The position numbers and the translations under genes are program-made. From positions 1 to 64,000 of the IMG/VR virus record IMGVR_UViG_3300028888_000004: a stretch of 64,000 nt of DNA; one strand, given 5' to 3'. The DNA is from a virus. Taxonomy: Duplodnaviria > Caudoviricetes. Shown piece by piece: positions 46,686-56,112 of this stretch (its first letter is position 1; every line of letters begins with the position of its first letter). A model generated the notes under the pieces. The model searched no databases. It had not been told where the DNA came from and worked only from the letters and a program-made list of their open reading frames with translations.

Positions 46686-47393
46686 ATGACAACTGTAAAT
46701 GAGTGGAGAACAGAGCTTGATTTACTCTACAATAACATATTAAGTGATCAGGCTCCTGGTTTAAATGATTACGAAAGAAGTGTACTCTTGACACAAGCTC
46801 AGGAGGAAGTAATCATTACCCTTTACTCAGGAAGGAGACTGGAGCCATTTGAGAGCACAGAAGAAGTAACAGAGTATCTTGCCAATCTTGTGAAGCAAGC
46901 TGTACTTACTCAAGAAAAGTCTGTACCTGAATCTGAAAAGATAAACAGCAACTCTCACTTTTATACTTTGCCCGGAGACTTGTGGTTCAAGACATTTGAG
47001 AAAGCTGTAATAAGAGATAATTCTCTTAAATGCAAAGGCTCAAATGAAAGAGAAGTTATTGTAGTTCCTACTACACAAGATGAACTTGACAGAACCATAA
47101 ACAATCCATTTAAAGGGCATGGAGACAGAAGAGTGTTGTCCTTGACACCTTCACCTTACACTGCAGAACTTATAAGTAAGTATGACATAGTAAAGTATGT
47201 TGTAAGATATCTTAGAAGACCTTCTCCAATAATTCTTAGCAGTCTTGCTGGTACAGGACTTACTATAAATGGAGAAACATCTGCTAAGACATGTGAGCTG
47301 CATGAGGCTCTTCATAGAAGTATACTTGACAGAGCTGTACAGATAGCAAGAGGAATATGGGAAAATACTGTGCAATCACAGTCAAGACAATAA
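46686..47393 (+). CDS. tail ring / tubular protein
   Basis: APGL..YE.S.LLT.AQ, NPF, YLRRP.PIIL, CELH..LH..I..AV. Confidence 0.8.
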   Translation: MTTVNEWRTELDLLYNNILSDQAPGLNDYERSVLLTQAQEEVIITLYSGRRLEPFESTEEVTEYLANLVKQAVLTQEKSVPESEKINSNSHFYTLPGDLWFKTFEKAVIRDNSLKCKGSNEREVIVVPTTQDELDRTINNPFKGHGDRRVLSLTPSPYTAELISKYDIVKYVVRYLRRPSPIILSSLAGTGLTINGETSAKTCELHEALHRSILDRAVQIARGIWENTVQSQSRQ

Positions 47394-47411
47394 AATTAAC
47401 TTTTTAATATT

Positions 47412-48452
47412 ATGGCAAATTTCAATGTAAATCAAGTTAGGCAGCTTTATGTTGCTAAGACTGCTCCTGCTGAAATTACAGCTGAGACCAACATCGCCAC
47501 CACACTTGCAAATCCTGGTGACTTTGGTTACAGTGGAATGGATGCTGATGGATGCTTCTATTTCATCTCTCGTGGTGCCACTGGTGAGCTTGTGAGGTCT
47601 GACATGATTAACGCTAAGTCTATCAAACATATAACTCTTGCTGATAAGAGCACTGATGTTTATGGTCTCAAGCGTACAAAGATTCAGATGCTTGCTACTA
47701 CCAACAGTGGAAATCCTGTTGCTGGTGAGGACTACATAGTCGTTGTTAACTTCACTAATTTCCTTGGCTTTGGTGTTGAAGATACTGATGTTCTTGTTGG
47801 TTCTGCTCATGCTACTACTGGTATGACTGCAAATCAGCTTCTTGGACATCTTGCTGTTTCTCTCTATCAGAATACCGCAAAGGGAATCATCAACATCTAC
47901 TGTGGAAACACCAAGCTTACTGATACCAATGTTGCAGCCCACAATGCTGGTACAACTCCTATTACTGGTGCTTCTATCACTATTGAGGAAGTTGAGCAGC
48001 CTTGGGTTCGTGGTGTCAGATCTGCTATTGTTTATCCTTTCACTGTGACTGGAAAGTACATTAAGCAGAACAATGATGTTCTTCCTTGGGCAACTATTAC
48101 TGAGGATACTCCTGTTACCACAATTACCAACACCAAGAGAATTGCTGACCTTGAGTACTTCTGCATGGGTGAGAGAGGTGACTGGTATCGCAATGTTGGC
48201 TGGCCTCATGTTGTGCCTACTCAGTACCTGATTCCTGCTGACAGCACAGATGCTGCTGGATACAATGTCCTTACTATCCACTACAAGTATATTGGTGGTG
48301 GTGATGAGGCTGCTTCCAGGCTTTCTGTGAAGGATATCCAGATTGCTTCCACTCAAAGTCTTGAGACTCTTAAGGGAGTTATTGAGGGATATCAGAAGGA
48401 AGCTTTTGCTGGCAAGTCTGAGTCTACTGAGGAGTCTGGAAACGAGGGTTAA
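47412..48452 (+). CDS. auxiliary capsid protein
   Basis: FNVNQVRQLYVA, IADLEYFCMGERGD; high-expression codons; terminator after. Confidence 0.75.
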   Translation: MANFNVNQVRQLYVAKTAPAEITAETNIATTLANPGDFGYSGMDADGCFYFISRGATGELVRSDMINAKSIKHITLADKSTDVYGLKRTKIQMLATTNSGNPVAGEDYIVVVNFTNFLGFGVEDTDVLVGSAHATTGMTANQLLGHLAVSLYQNTAKGIINIYCGNTKLTDTNVAAHNAGTTPITGASITIEEVEQPWVRGVRSAIVYPFTVTGKYIKQNNDVLPWATITEDTPVTTITNTKRIADLEYFCMGERGDWYRNVGWPHVVPTQYLIPADSTDAAGYNVLTIHYKYIGGGDEAASRLSVKDIQIASTQSLETLKGVIEGYQKEAFAGKSESTEESGNEG

Positions 48453-48472
48453 TAAATATATTGTAGTATTAA

Positions 48473-48510
48473 GGGGGTGGTAGGTAGGACATCTACCACC
48501 CCTTTATCTT
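48473..48510 (+). terminator. Rho-independent terminator
   Basis: GGGGTGGTAG/CTACCACCCC plus TTTATCTT. Confidence 0.85.
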
Positions 48511-48524
48511 AAAGTAGAAACACT

Positions 48525-49097
48525 ATGGTAAGATTTAATGATTTGAAAATCAGTTCTGACGGTTCCTGTTTCACAGTAAATGTGTCAGTAGATAGTGCTA
48601 GCTACTATGTAAAGAGATATATTACAGGTATTTATATTGATTCTGACTCTACTTTCAACAACAGCACTACTCCTTCAGACAAGGCAGTATTTATTTCTCT
48701 AGAGGAATCTCCTCAAAAGTCATTTAGAAAAACCTTTTCTGTAGGAGAACTTTCTGGAATTCTAACATCAAAGAACTTCAAGGACCACATGATGTATGTA
48801 TTTGTGGAACTTGATGGGCCCATAACTGGAGATGCACCATGTAATTCAGACAGTGATCTGTTTCTTGGTATAGCAGTTGACTGGAATGGAATATATCATA
48901 GAAGCTTAGACTTCATGAAGCAAGTCACAAAAGATTGCTGCAGTATTCCAAAAGAGTTTATTGACTATATATTGAGAACTAAAGCACTTGAACTTGCCCT
49001 GAAAACTGGGCATTACATTGTAGCTAAGAATGTTTGGGATAAGTTCTTTAGTAAGAGAAGGAAGACCATTTCTTCTATTTGTGGTTGCAATAAATAG
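48525..49097 (+). CDS. tail hub protein A-like
   Basis: synteny; FNDLKIS, C-terminal CGC. Confidence 0.6.
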   Translation: MVRFNDLKISSDGSCFTVNVSVDSASYYVKRYITGIYIDSDSTFNNSTTPSDKAVFISLEESPQKSFRKTFSVGELSGILTSKNFKDHMMYVFVELDGPITGDAPCNSDSDLFLGIAVDWNGIYHRSLDFMKQVTKDCCSIPKEFIDYILRTKALELALKTGHYIVAKNVWDKFFSKRRKTISSICGCNK

Positions 49098-49105
49098 ACA
49101 AAGCC

Positions 49106-49474
49106 ATGTATGATGATACAACAACAATAGAAGCTTATAAGGCACTTCAAGATTACTTCAATCACTTGTCTAAGACAGGTTATATGAGGTATGACAATGT
49201 GTATAAGCTCATTGTATTCTTATATGTGGATGAGATTCTTCATACTTGCGATAACTTTGATGCTACTGAAGAAGACTATAATATCATTATGAACATGATG
49301 CAATGCCTTTATGGTACCTGTCTTCTTCCTTATCCTGAATTCAGAAAGAATCTTCCTTATGTTAACAGTGATGAAGACCTTGATAAACTCAGAAGTGTAG
49401 AGTGGGATATTCTCAGGCAAACAGAAGAAGGTGAACTTAGAGTAATAGAATCAAATACGAAATTAGCTAGATGA
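49106..49474 (+). CDS. tail hub protein B-like
   Basis: YF..LS..GY, CLYG.CL.PYP, LR.TE..LR. Confidence 0.6.
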   Translation: MYDDTTTIEAYKALQDYFNHLSKTGYMRYDNVYKLIVFLYVDEILHTCDNFDATEEDYNIIMNMMQCLYGTCLLPYPEFRKNLPYVNSDEDLDKLRSVEWDILRQTEEGELRVIESNTKLAR

Positions 49475-49515
49475 TACAATAAATCTATTCACATATCACA
49501 TAACTAGACCGTTAT

Positions 49516-49561
49516 AGCTCTTGTAATAAGAAATGTTTTGCATATCTTTGTTGCAAGAGCT
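49516..49561 (+). promoter_or_regulatory. promoter (TTG/TATCTTTG) embedded in an inverted repeat
   Basis: AGCTCTTGTAAT.../...GTTGCAAGAGCT. Confidence 0.6.
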
Positions 49562-49588
49562 TTATTTTTATATTATAAATATTGTATT

Positions 49589-50278
49589 ATGAGCACATAT
49601 AGAGAAATAGTTTACATGGTTCTGGATGAGCTTAAAGAGCATTCAGACGATGCATACTATACAGAAGACCATATTGTTTATCTTGTAAACAATATAAGGG
49701 CTGCTCTACTTGAGAAGAAATATCCAAATAATAAGAAGGACATACCTTCTGAAAACTACATAGAACTATGTCTTGACTTAGTAGAGGATAATCTCATAGA
49801 TGGTTCTCCATGTAGTGCAACTGTTCTTAAAAGCACAAAGAAGATTCCATCTTTACTGAGAGTAGGGTACCCTAAGATATATCCAGAAGACTATTTTTCT
49901 TCTGGTCATGTTACATGGGTTTCTATGGAAAGATTCAGATATGCTGGAGATGGAAACAAGTGGCTTCAGAATATGATATATGCTACAAGGGGAACGGACT
50001 CACATCTGTATCTAAGGTCAAAGAATCCACAGTTTATCTATATGACTAAGGCTAAAATACATGGAGTATTCTCTGACCCTAAGGAAGCTTATAAGATGTC
50101 TTGTGAGGATGATGGTGCTTGCGATATACTTGACAAGCAATTTCCTCTTGAGAGTAACCTGATACAGCTCTGTATTCAAATGGCTGTTTCTGAGTTAACT
50201 GGACAAAGGTATGCTCCAGAAGACAAAGCCAACAATGCAGAAGACGATCTTGCCAAAGTACAAGTTAAAAGGCAATGA
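49589..50278 (+). CDS. tail ring protein
   Basis: TYREIVYMVLDELK..SDD, FSDP, FPLE, D..NNA. Confidence 0.75.
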   Translation: MSTYREIVYMVLDELKEHSDDAYYTEDHIVYLVNNIRAALLEKKYPNNKKDIPSENYIELCLDLVEDNLIDGSPCSATVLKSTKKIPSLLRVGYPKIYPEDYFSSGHVTWVSMERFRYAGDGNKWLQNMIYATRGTDSHLYLRSKNPQFIYMTKAKIHGVFSDPKEAYKMSCEDDGACDILDKQFPLESNLIQLCIQMAVSELTGQRYAPEDKANNAEDDLAKVQVKRQ

Positions 50279-50745
50279 AAGAAATAGAGTTTTTTGATAC
50301 AAGAGATATTTACAGGGCACTTAGAGGAACCAAACTCAGAGGACTTGGAATTAAAGAAAAAGAGTTTTCTTCAGTAGTAACTGCTGTAAATGAAAAAATA
50401 GCTGAAGCAATACTATCTGGAGAGATAGTTCATCTTCCATGCTCTATGGGAACATTAGTTCCAGTACAGCAGGAGACCTTATACATAAATAAAAAAGGTA
50501 ACGTAATAGTAAACAGGCCTGTTGACTGGAAAGCCACTACAGCATTATGGAAGGAAGACCCTGAGGCAAAGAAAGATAGACTTAGAATTTATCATGATGT
50601 AGACAAGAGGTTTAAAATAATCTACAGCAAAAAAGGAGCAAACTTCAGAAATCAATACTACATAAAATTCAAGCCTATTAAGCCTTTGGCTATGAAGTTT
50701 ATTGATAAGGCAGTTAATGGAGAAATAAGTTGTTATATATATTAG
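50275..50745 (+). CDS. IHF/HU-like protein
   Basis: I.EAILSG..V.LP..MG.L, PVDW..T..LW, F.P. Confidence 0.7.
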   Translation: MKEIEFFDTRDIYRALRGTKLRGLGIKEKEFSSVVTAVNEKIAEAILSGEIVHLPCSMGTLVPVQQETLYINKKGNVIVNRPVDWKATTALWKEDPEAKKDRLRIYHDVDKRFKIIYSKKGANFRNQYYIKFKPIKPLAMKFIDKAVNGEISCYIY

Positions 50746-50747
50746 CT

Positions 50748-51470
50748 ATGGCTGAGAAATACACAAACATAGGAATTATCATGGATAGGATAAGCAGACA
50801 TCCTATGCTTAAAGATATTCCTTTTGAGACTATGGTTGATTATACTGTAGACTTTATACAGATTGTTGGATGCCCAACAATGTTTGAAGAGAAAACAGCT
50901 ATTCTTCATATTGAAGATTATAGGGCACCTCTTCCTTGTGATTATATCAATATGATTCAGGTAAGGTGCCATCATAAGCATGGACACCTTAGAGGAGAGC
51001 ATATTTCATATAGGTATGCTACCGATAGTTTTCACATGTCTAATGACCCAAGAAAGCCAAGAGTAGGAGTTCAAACTGATCTTACTTATAAGATTCAAGG
51101 CTGCATGATATATACCTCAACTAAGTGTGGTGATATTGAAATAGCATATGAAGCTATAGCTACTGATTCTGAAGGTCTTCCTTTGGTGCCTGATAATCCA
51201 GTATTCTTCAAGGCTCTGGAATCATATATAAAGAAACAGTGGTTTACCATTCTCTTTGATATGGGTAAAATTCAGGGACCTGTTCTGCAGAGAGCATCTC
51301 AAGATTATGCGTGGGCTGTTGGTCAATGTGAGAATGAATTCCACAGACTGTCTATTGATAAGGCTGAATCATTCTTCAATTCTTGGAGAACACTTATAGA
51401 AAGAGACACAGAACACAGAAGAGGATTCCTTAATGACGGAATAAAAGAATACCTTAGAGTACAACCTTAA
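50748..51470 (+). CDS. tail ring (tubular) protein
   Basis: YRAPLPCD, TD.EGLPL.PD, QDYAW.VGQ. Confidence 0.8.
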   Translation: MAEKYTNIGIIMDRISRHPMLKDIPFETMVDYTVDFIQIVGCPTMFEEKTAILHIEDYRAPLPCDYINMIQVRCHHKHGHLRGEHISYRYATDSFHMSNDPRKPRVGVQTDLTYKIQGCMIYTSTKCGDIEIAYEAIATDSEGLPLVPDNPVFFKALESYIKKQWFTILFDMGKIQGPVLQRASQDYAWAVGQCENEFHRLSIDKAESFFNSWRTLIERDTEHRRGFLNDGIKEYLRVQP

Positions 51471-51480
51471 TTAATAAGCC

Positions 51481-54400
51481 ATGCAGAATAAAGTCAGTGT
51501 CAATACTAATATAGGCATGCTGAGAGACAGGTCTATTAGTAAGACAGATAATCAATTTGCATTTGAAAACCATAATATAAGAATAACAGCAAGGGATAAG
51601 GATACTCTCTTGTCAGTTACCAACGAAAGAGGTAATAGACAGATTGTATTCAGTAATTCTGATGATGCCAAGAGCTCCAAGTATAATGGTGTATTTGCCA
51701 ATGAGATACTTGGTACTCTTCTTGGGTATGCTGTATTGAATAAGTATCTGGTATTGTTCACTACAGACAATGGCACTGACTATATCTACAGAATTCAATA
51801 CTTTGACACTAATGATGAGTGGTATCTGAGGTTGTTATATCAAGGCTCTCTCAAGTTTGATGATGAACATCCTATTGAAACAATATCATTATTTGAGACT
51901 GAAGATGTTCAGAAAGTATACTGGCTTGATGGAAAGAATCAACCCAGAGTCATCAATATTAAAAAGAATTATTTTAGACTTGAAGGCTCTAGACCAATAT
52001 ATTCTAAGGACACCATATTTGACTTTGTAACTGATTACAATCATTCTGGAGACAAAGAAATATCGGTATCTGTTGAGAAACAGCAACTTGGAATGGGTTC
52101 ATTTCCTGCAGGGACTATACAGTATATATGCACATACTTCAATCAATATGGGCAAGAGACAAATCCTGTATACATTTCTCCTATTTACTATGTCTCTCCA
52201 GAAGATAGAGGTGGAGATGCTGAAACTACCTACACATGTTCCTTTAAAATTACCCTCAGCAATGTAGATACAGAATTTGACTATGCAAGAATATATGCTA
52301 TTCTTAGAACCTCTGAATCTGGAACTCCTATATCATATGTAGTAGGAACCATTAAAATAAGTACAGAGGCTCTTTCAATAGTTGATTCTGGTCAGGGAGA
52401 TAATGTAGTAATTGACCCTACCATTCTTTTATATATAGGAGGAAGGGAAATTACTGCAGGAACATTCAGTCACAAGGATAATACTTTGTTCCTTGGAGAC
52501 TTGAAATTCACAGGCTCAAAGAATGATGCTTCTATAGGAGCAATGATTGCAGATAGCAATATCTATAATACAGAAACATATAAATCGAATATAGTTGAAT
52601 TCTTCTACACAACATCTACAGATTTAAATGCTCCGTATTATGGCAACAATGGGTTATATCCTTATGAATGTCAGCTAAACAGCTCTTCAGATAAGATAAC
52701 ATCATTTAAAGGAGGAGAAAAATATAGATTTGCAATTCAATTTATTACTTCTACTGGTCAGAGAAGCAGAGCATTCTTTATTGGCGATGCTGAAAATCCA
52801 TATTATCCTTCTATTGATACTAACTCAAATACGATAAGAAGACCTCTTCCAAGGGTTCTTCTTCCTGATGATGTAGCCAGAACTGCTTACAATGCTGGAT
52901 ATATTCAAGCTGTTCTTCTTATGGCTGAAGCTTCAGAAGGAGATAGATCTGTAGTAGCACAAGGTATTATAAGTCCAACTGTATTCAATCTTGGACAAAG
53001 AAGCAGTAATGCTCCATTTGCAATTTCTTCTTGGTACATGAGACCAAGAAATTCAATGATAAACAGCAGGCACCTTGAATCAGTCAATAATGTTACTGGA
53101 GTTTCTAAAGAAGATGGAAAGATAGTTAAAGCCAACATGTCTTTCTGTGAAATCCAAAACATAGAACCTGAAGTATCTGCATACTATAATGAAGACAGTT
53201 TCAAAACACAGTTGGTTGCCATAGCATTCAGATTTATCTCTGAGTGTGTTGATCCTGGTAGAGTCTCTGTTGGAAATCTTACAGGAAGGATGAGATATAA
53301 TCATGCACTGTATGCAGCATATAAATTCAGTGATGGTTCTTCATCAACTTGGAGAATTAAAAACAATCCAGAATCCGCAGTAGCTACTGGTTTCAATGAA
53401 AGTAACATAGAAACAATAGTAAATGACAGATTTAAGGTTGGAAGTAAAAGTAGCAATGATGGTTTTTCTCATAGAACAGACAGAGTTTCTGTAGTTCAAG
53501 GGTGGTTTAGATCTGCTGAAATACCTGAAGATGATTGGCCTGACCCTGATACAGAAATAGTACATCAAAATACAAATCCGACACTTAATCCTGTTATAAC
53601 GGGTGGAGTATTTGCTATTGGAATATCAGATTCTTCTTCACAGGCATATTACTCTAGATTGAACAGTGAACAGTTCTTCGTTGATGAAAACATTATAACT
53701 CTTAATACTCCAGATATAGATAAATTACAATCTACATCTTGGTCTGGTCTTAAATTTAGAATAGTTGGAATTGCTGAAGTAACTTCAAATATTACAGACT
53801 ATACAGTTCAAACTACTACTGGGCTAAGTACTTCTGCTGGAATATACAGAATTGATTTGAATCATACTGATTCCCAAAATATAGAAGGACTAATGTCATA
53901 TCCTCTCCTATATGATAGTAGTATAGAGTATGATACAGAAAATGAAAAATATAAGGAAGATTTAAATTCAAGGACATATCCAAGATATTTCAATATTTTT
54001 CCATTCCACAAAGAAGGGTCTATAACACATAATGAGAAGATAACTACCAAGTATTCAGAAATAGAAAGGAAAGTTTTCTCAAATCTAAGATATTGCTATA
54101 ACACAAAATTCCTTTGGACTGGAAATGGTGCTTGGAGACCATCATCATCTATTGCTATGACTACTACAAGTGGAAGTCAAAGCAATCAGTTTAAGCAAAT
54201 AAATTCTGAAGGTAGGAACTATATATACCAAGGTACGTATGACTACATGTCTACTACTGGAAATAAGCCATTTGGAATATATGCTTATGATGGAAATAAT
54301 GGACTTGAGGAACAAGTAGTAAAAGGCTCAGCAAGTGATTATGTAATAGGATCTACTGAGCCAGTAAGAATACAATTCCAAAGTCTACCACATGTGGTTA

Positions 54401-56052
54401 TAAAGTTTGGAAAGACACAAGGTAAGAATGAGCTTCTTCCATTACTCAATGATGAGTATCCTTTCTCAAAACCAGAGGATATGTATCTACCTTGGGAAGA
54501 TGCTGCAGAAACCTATCAGGCAAAACTAGAGTATTCTACCTCTTTACCTTACTATTTTATAGGAGAGCTGTACAAAGATATGTCTATAAGTGATGATAGA
54601 TATGGTGGAAATACACAGGCTGCTCTTGAAAATAACACATTCATACCAATAAGTAGTAGGTATGATATATCCCATGGTTCTGTATTACTTATTGGAACTC
54701 AGGGAGATACTTATTTTCAAAGATGGGACTGCCTTAAAACTGAGCCTTATTCCGATGAAAGTAAAAATGGAATAGTTGACATCACTTCCTTTATGGTTGA
54801 AACTCATACAAATATAGAAGGAAGATATGATGCCAGAAGAGGTCTTCTTAAGAATGTAACTACAAGCAGAGAGAATAGTAATCTCATTAATAGAGTATAT
54901 TCAAATACCAACAACTTCTTCACTTCTTCTGTTCTTAGTGACAAGTACTATCTTTCTGATTTTCCTAATCAGATTACATGGACAAAAACAAAGACTTTGG
55001 CAGAAGATATAGACACATGGACAAATGTAACAGTTGCCAATACTCTTGATTTGGATGGAGACAAGGGTTCTGTAAGAGCCATAAGAAGATTTAATAATTC
55101 TCTTATAGCATTTCAGGATAGAGGTATATCTGAAATCCTGTTCAATTCAAGAACTCAGTTATCGACTACCTCTGGAGTTCCTATTGAAATAGGAAACAGT
55201 GGCAAGGTTGAAGGAAAGAGATACATATCTGAAAAGTCTGGATGTGTAAATAAGTGGTCTATTACTGAAGCAAAGACTGGTATATACTTTATTGACAACA
55301 TAAATAAAAACATTAGTGTTATAGGCCAAGGAATACAAGATGTTTCTGGTTCCAAAGGATTTAGTTCTTGGGTAAGAAGTTACAATACTCTTGATATTTG
55401 GAATCCAAAAGACAGAAACAATTTTGTATCATTCTATGATACTGTACATAATGATATTTACTTTGTCACTAAGCACGAAGATGTCTATAATGATGACAGC
55501 TGCTTGGTCTTCAATGAAACTCTGAGTCAATTTACTTCATTCTTTGATTATGAAGATGTACCTATGATGGTTAATGTGGGTGATAGATTCTTATCTTTTA
55601 AGGATACCAAACTATGGCTGCAGAATGAGGGTAATTACAATGAGTTATTTGGTAAAAAGTATCCTTATTGGATTAAGTATAGAATTTGCCCAGACCCTTA
55701 TGGAGACAAGACATTTAATAATATAGAATACAGAGCTGATATAATTACACCAAATGATGACAGCGATGTAGTTGAGCAATCAGATTTCCTTACTGATAGG
55801 ACTTTTGATAATCTTAAGATATGGAATGAGTACCAAAATGGTACACTTGACCTTACTTATGACAATGTAAGAGTATCAGATCTTAAGAAAAAGTTTAGAA
55901 TCTGGAGAGCCAATATCCCAAGAGACTCTAAGGACATAAGAGGTCTCAATAGAATAAGGAATCCTTGGGTATATTTGCAATTGTCGAAGTATAAGGAACT
56001 TGACAATGAACGTATGGAATTCCATGATTTGTTAGTTAAGTATTATGAGTAA
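51481..56052 (+). CDS. muzzle / tail stabilisation protein
   Basis: AFENHNIRI, VYWLDG.NQPR, GDTYFQRWDCLK, KFRIWR..IPR, RIRNPW. Confidence 0.88.
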   Translation: MQNKVSVNTNIGMLRDRSISKTDNQFAFENHNIRITARDKDTLLSVTNERGNRQIVFSNSDDAKSSKYNGVFANEILGTLLGYAVLNKYLVLFTTDNGTDYIYRIQYFDTNDEWYLRLLYQGSLKFDDEHPIETISLFETEDVQKVYWLDGKNQPRVINIKKNYFRLEGSRPIYSKDTIFDFVTDYNHSGDKEISVSVEKQQLGMGSFPAGTIQYICTYFNQYGQETNPVYISPIYYVSPEDRGGDAETTYTCSFKITLSNVDTEFDYARIYAILRTSESGTPISYVVGTIKISTEALSIVDSGQGDNVVIDPTILLYIGGREITAGTFSHKDNTLFLGDLKFTGSKNDASIGAMIADSNIYNTETYKSNIVEFFYTTSTDLNAPYYGNNGLYPYECQLNSSSDKITSFKGGEKYRFAIQFITSTGQRSRAFFIGDAENPYYPSIDTNSNTIRRPLPRVLLPDDVARTAYNAGYIQAVLLMAEASEGDRSVVAQGIISPTVFNLGQRSSNAPFAISSWYMRPRNSMINSRHLESVNNVTGVSKEDGKIVKANMSFCEIQNIEPEVSAYYNEDSFKTQLVAIAFRFISECVDPGRVSVGNLTGRMRYNHALYAAYKFSDGSSSTWRIKNNPESAVATGFNESNIETIVNDRFKVGSKSSNDGFSHRTDRVSVVQGWFRSAEIPEDDWPDPDTEIVHQNTNPTLNPVITGGVFAIGISDSSSQAYYSRLNSEQFFVDENIITLNTPDIDKLQSTSWSGLKFRIVGIAEVTSNITDYTVQTTTGLSTSAGIYRIDLNHTDSQNIEGLMSYPLLYDSSIEYDTENEKYKEDLNSRTYPRYFNIFPFHKEGSITHNEKITTKYSEIERKVFSNLRYCYNTKFLWTGNGAWRPSSSIAMTTTSGSQSNQFKQINSEGRNYIYQGTYDYMSTTGNKPFGIYAYDGNNGLEEQVVKGSASDYVIGSTEPVRIQFQSLPHVVIKFGKTQGKNELLPLLNDEYPFSKPEDMYLPWEDAAETYQAKLEYSTSLPYYFIGELYKDMSISDDRYGGNTQAALENNTFIPISSRYDISHGSVLLIGTQGDTYFQRWDCLKTEPYSDESKNGIVDITSFMVETHTNIEGRYDARRGLLKNVTTSRENSNLINRVYSNTNNFFTSSVLSDKYYLSDFPNQITWTKTKTLAEDIDTWTNVTVANTLDLDGDKGSVRAIRRFNNSLIAFQDRGISEILFNSRTQLSTTSGVPIEIGNSGKVEGKRYISEKSGCVNKWSITEAKTGIYFIDNINKNISVIGQGIQDVSGSKGFSSWVRSYNTLDIWNPKDRNNFVSFYDTVHNDIYFVTKHEDVYNDDSCLVFNETLSQFTSFFDYEDVPMMVNVGDRFLSFKDTKLWLQNEGNYNELFGKKYPYWIKYRICPDPYGDKTFNNIEYRADIITPNDDSDVVEQSDFLTDRTFDNLKIWNEYQNGTLDLTYDNVRVSDLKKKFRIWRANIPRDSKDIRGLNRIRNPWVYLQLSKYKELDNERMEFHDLLVKYYE

Positions 56053-56087
56053 TATACTTAGATGTTACAAGGACTGATTTTAATGCT

Positions 56088-56095
56088 TATATTTG
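56088..56095 (+). promoter_or_regulatory. -7 promoter element TATATTTG
   Basis: upstream of the cargo operon. Confidence 0.6.
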
Positions 56096-56112
56096 TATAA
56101 ATATAACTTATT

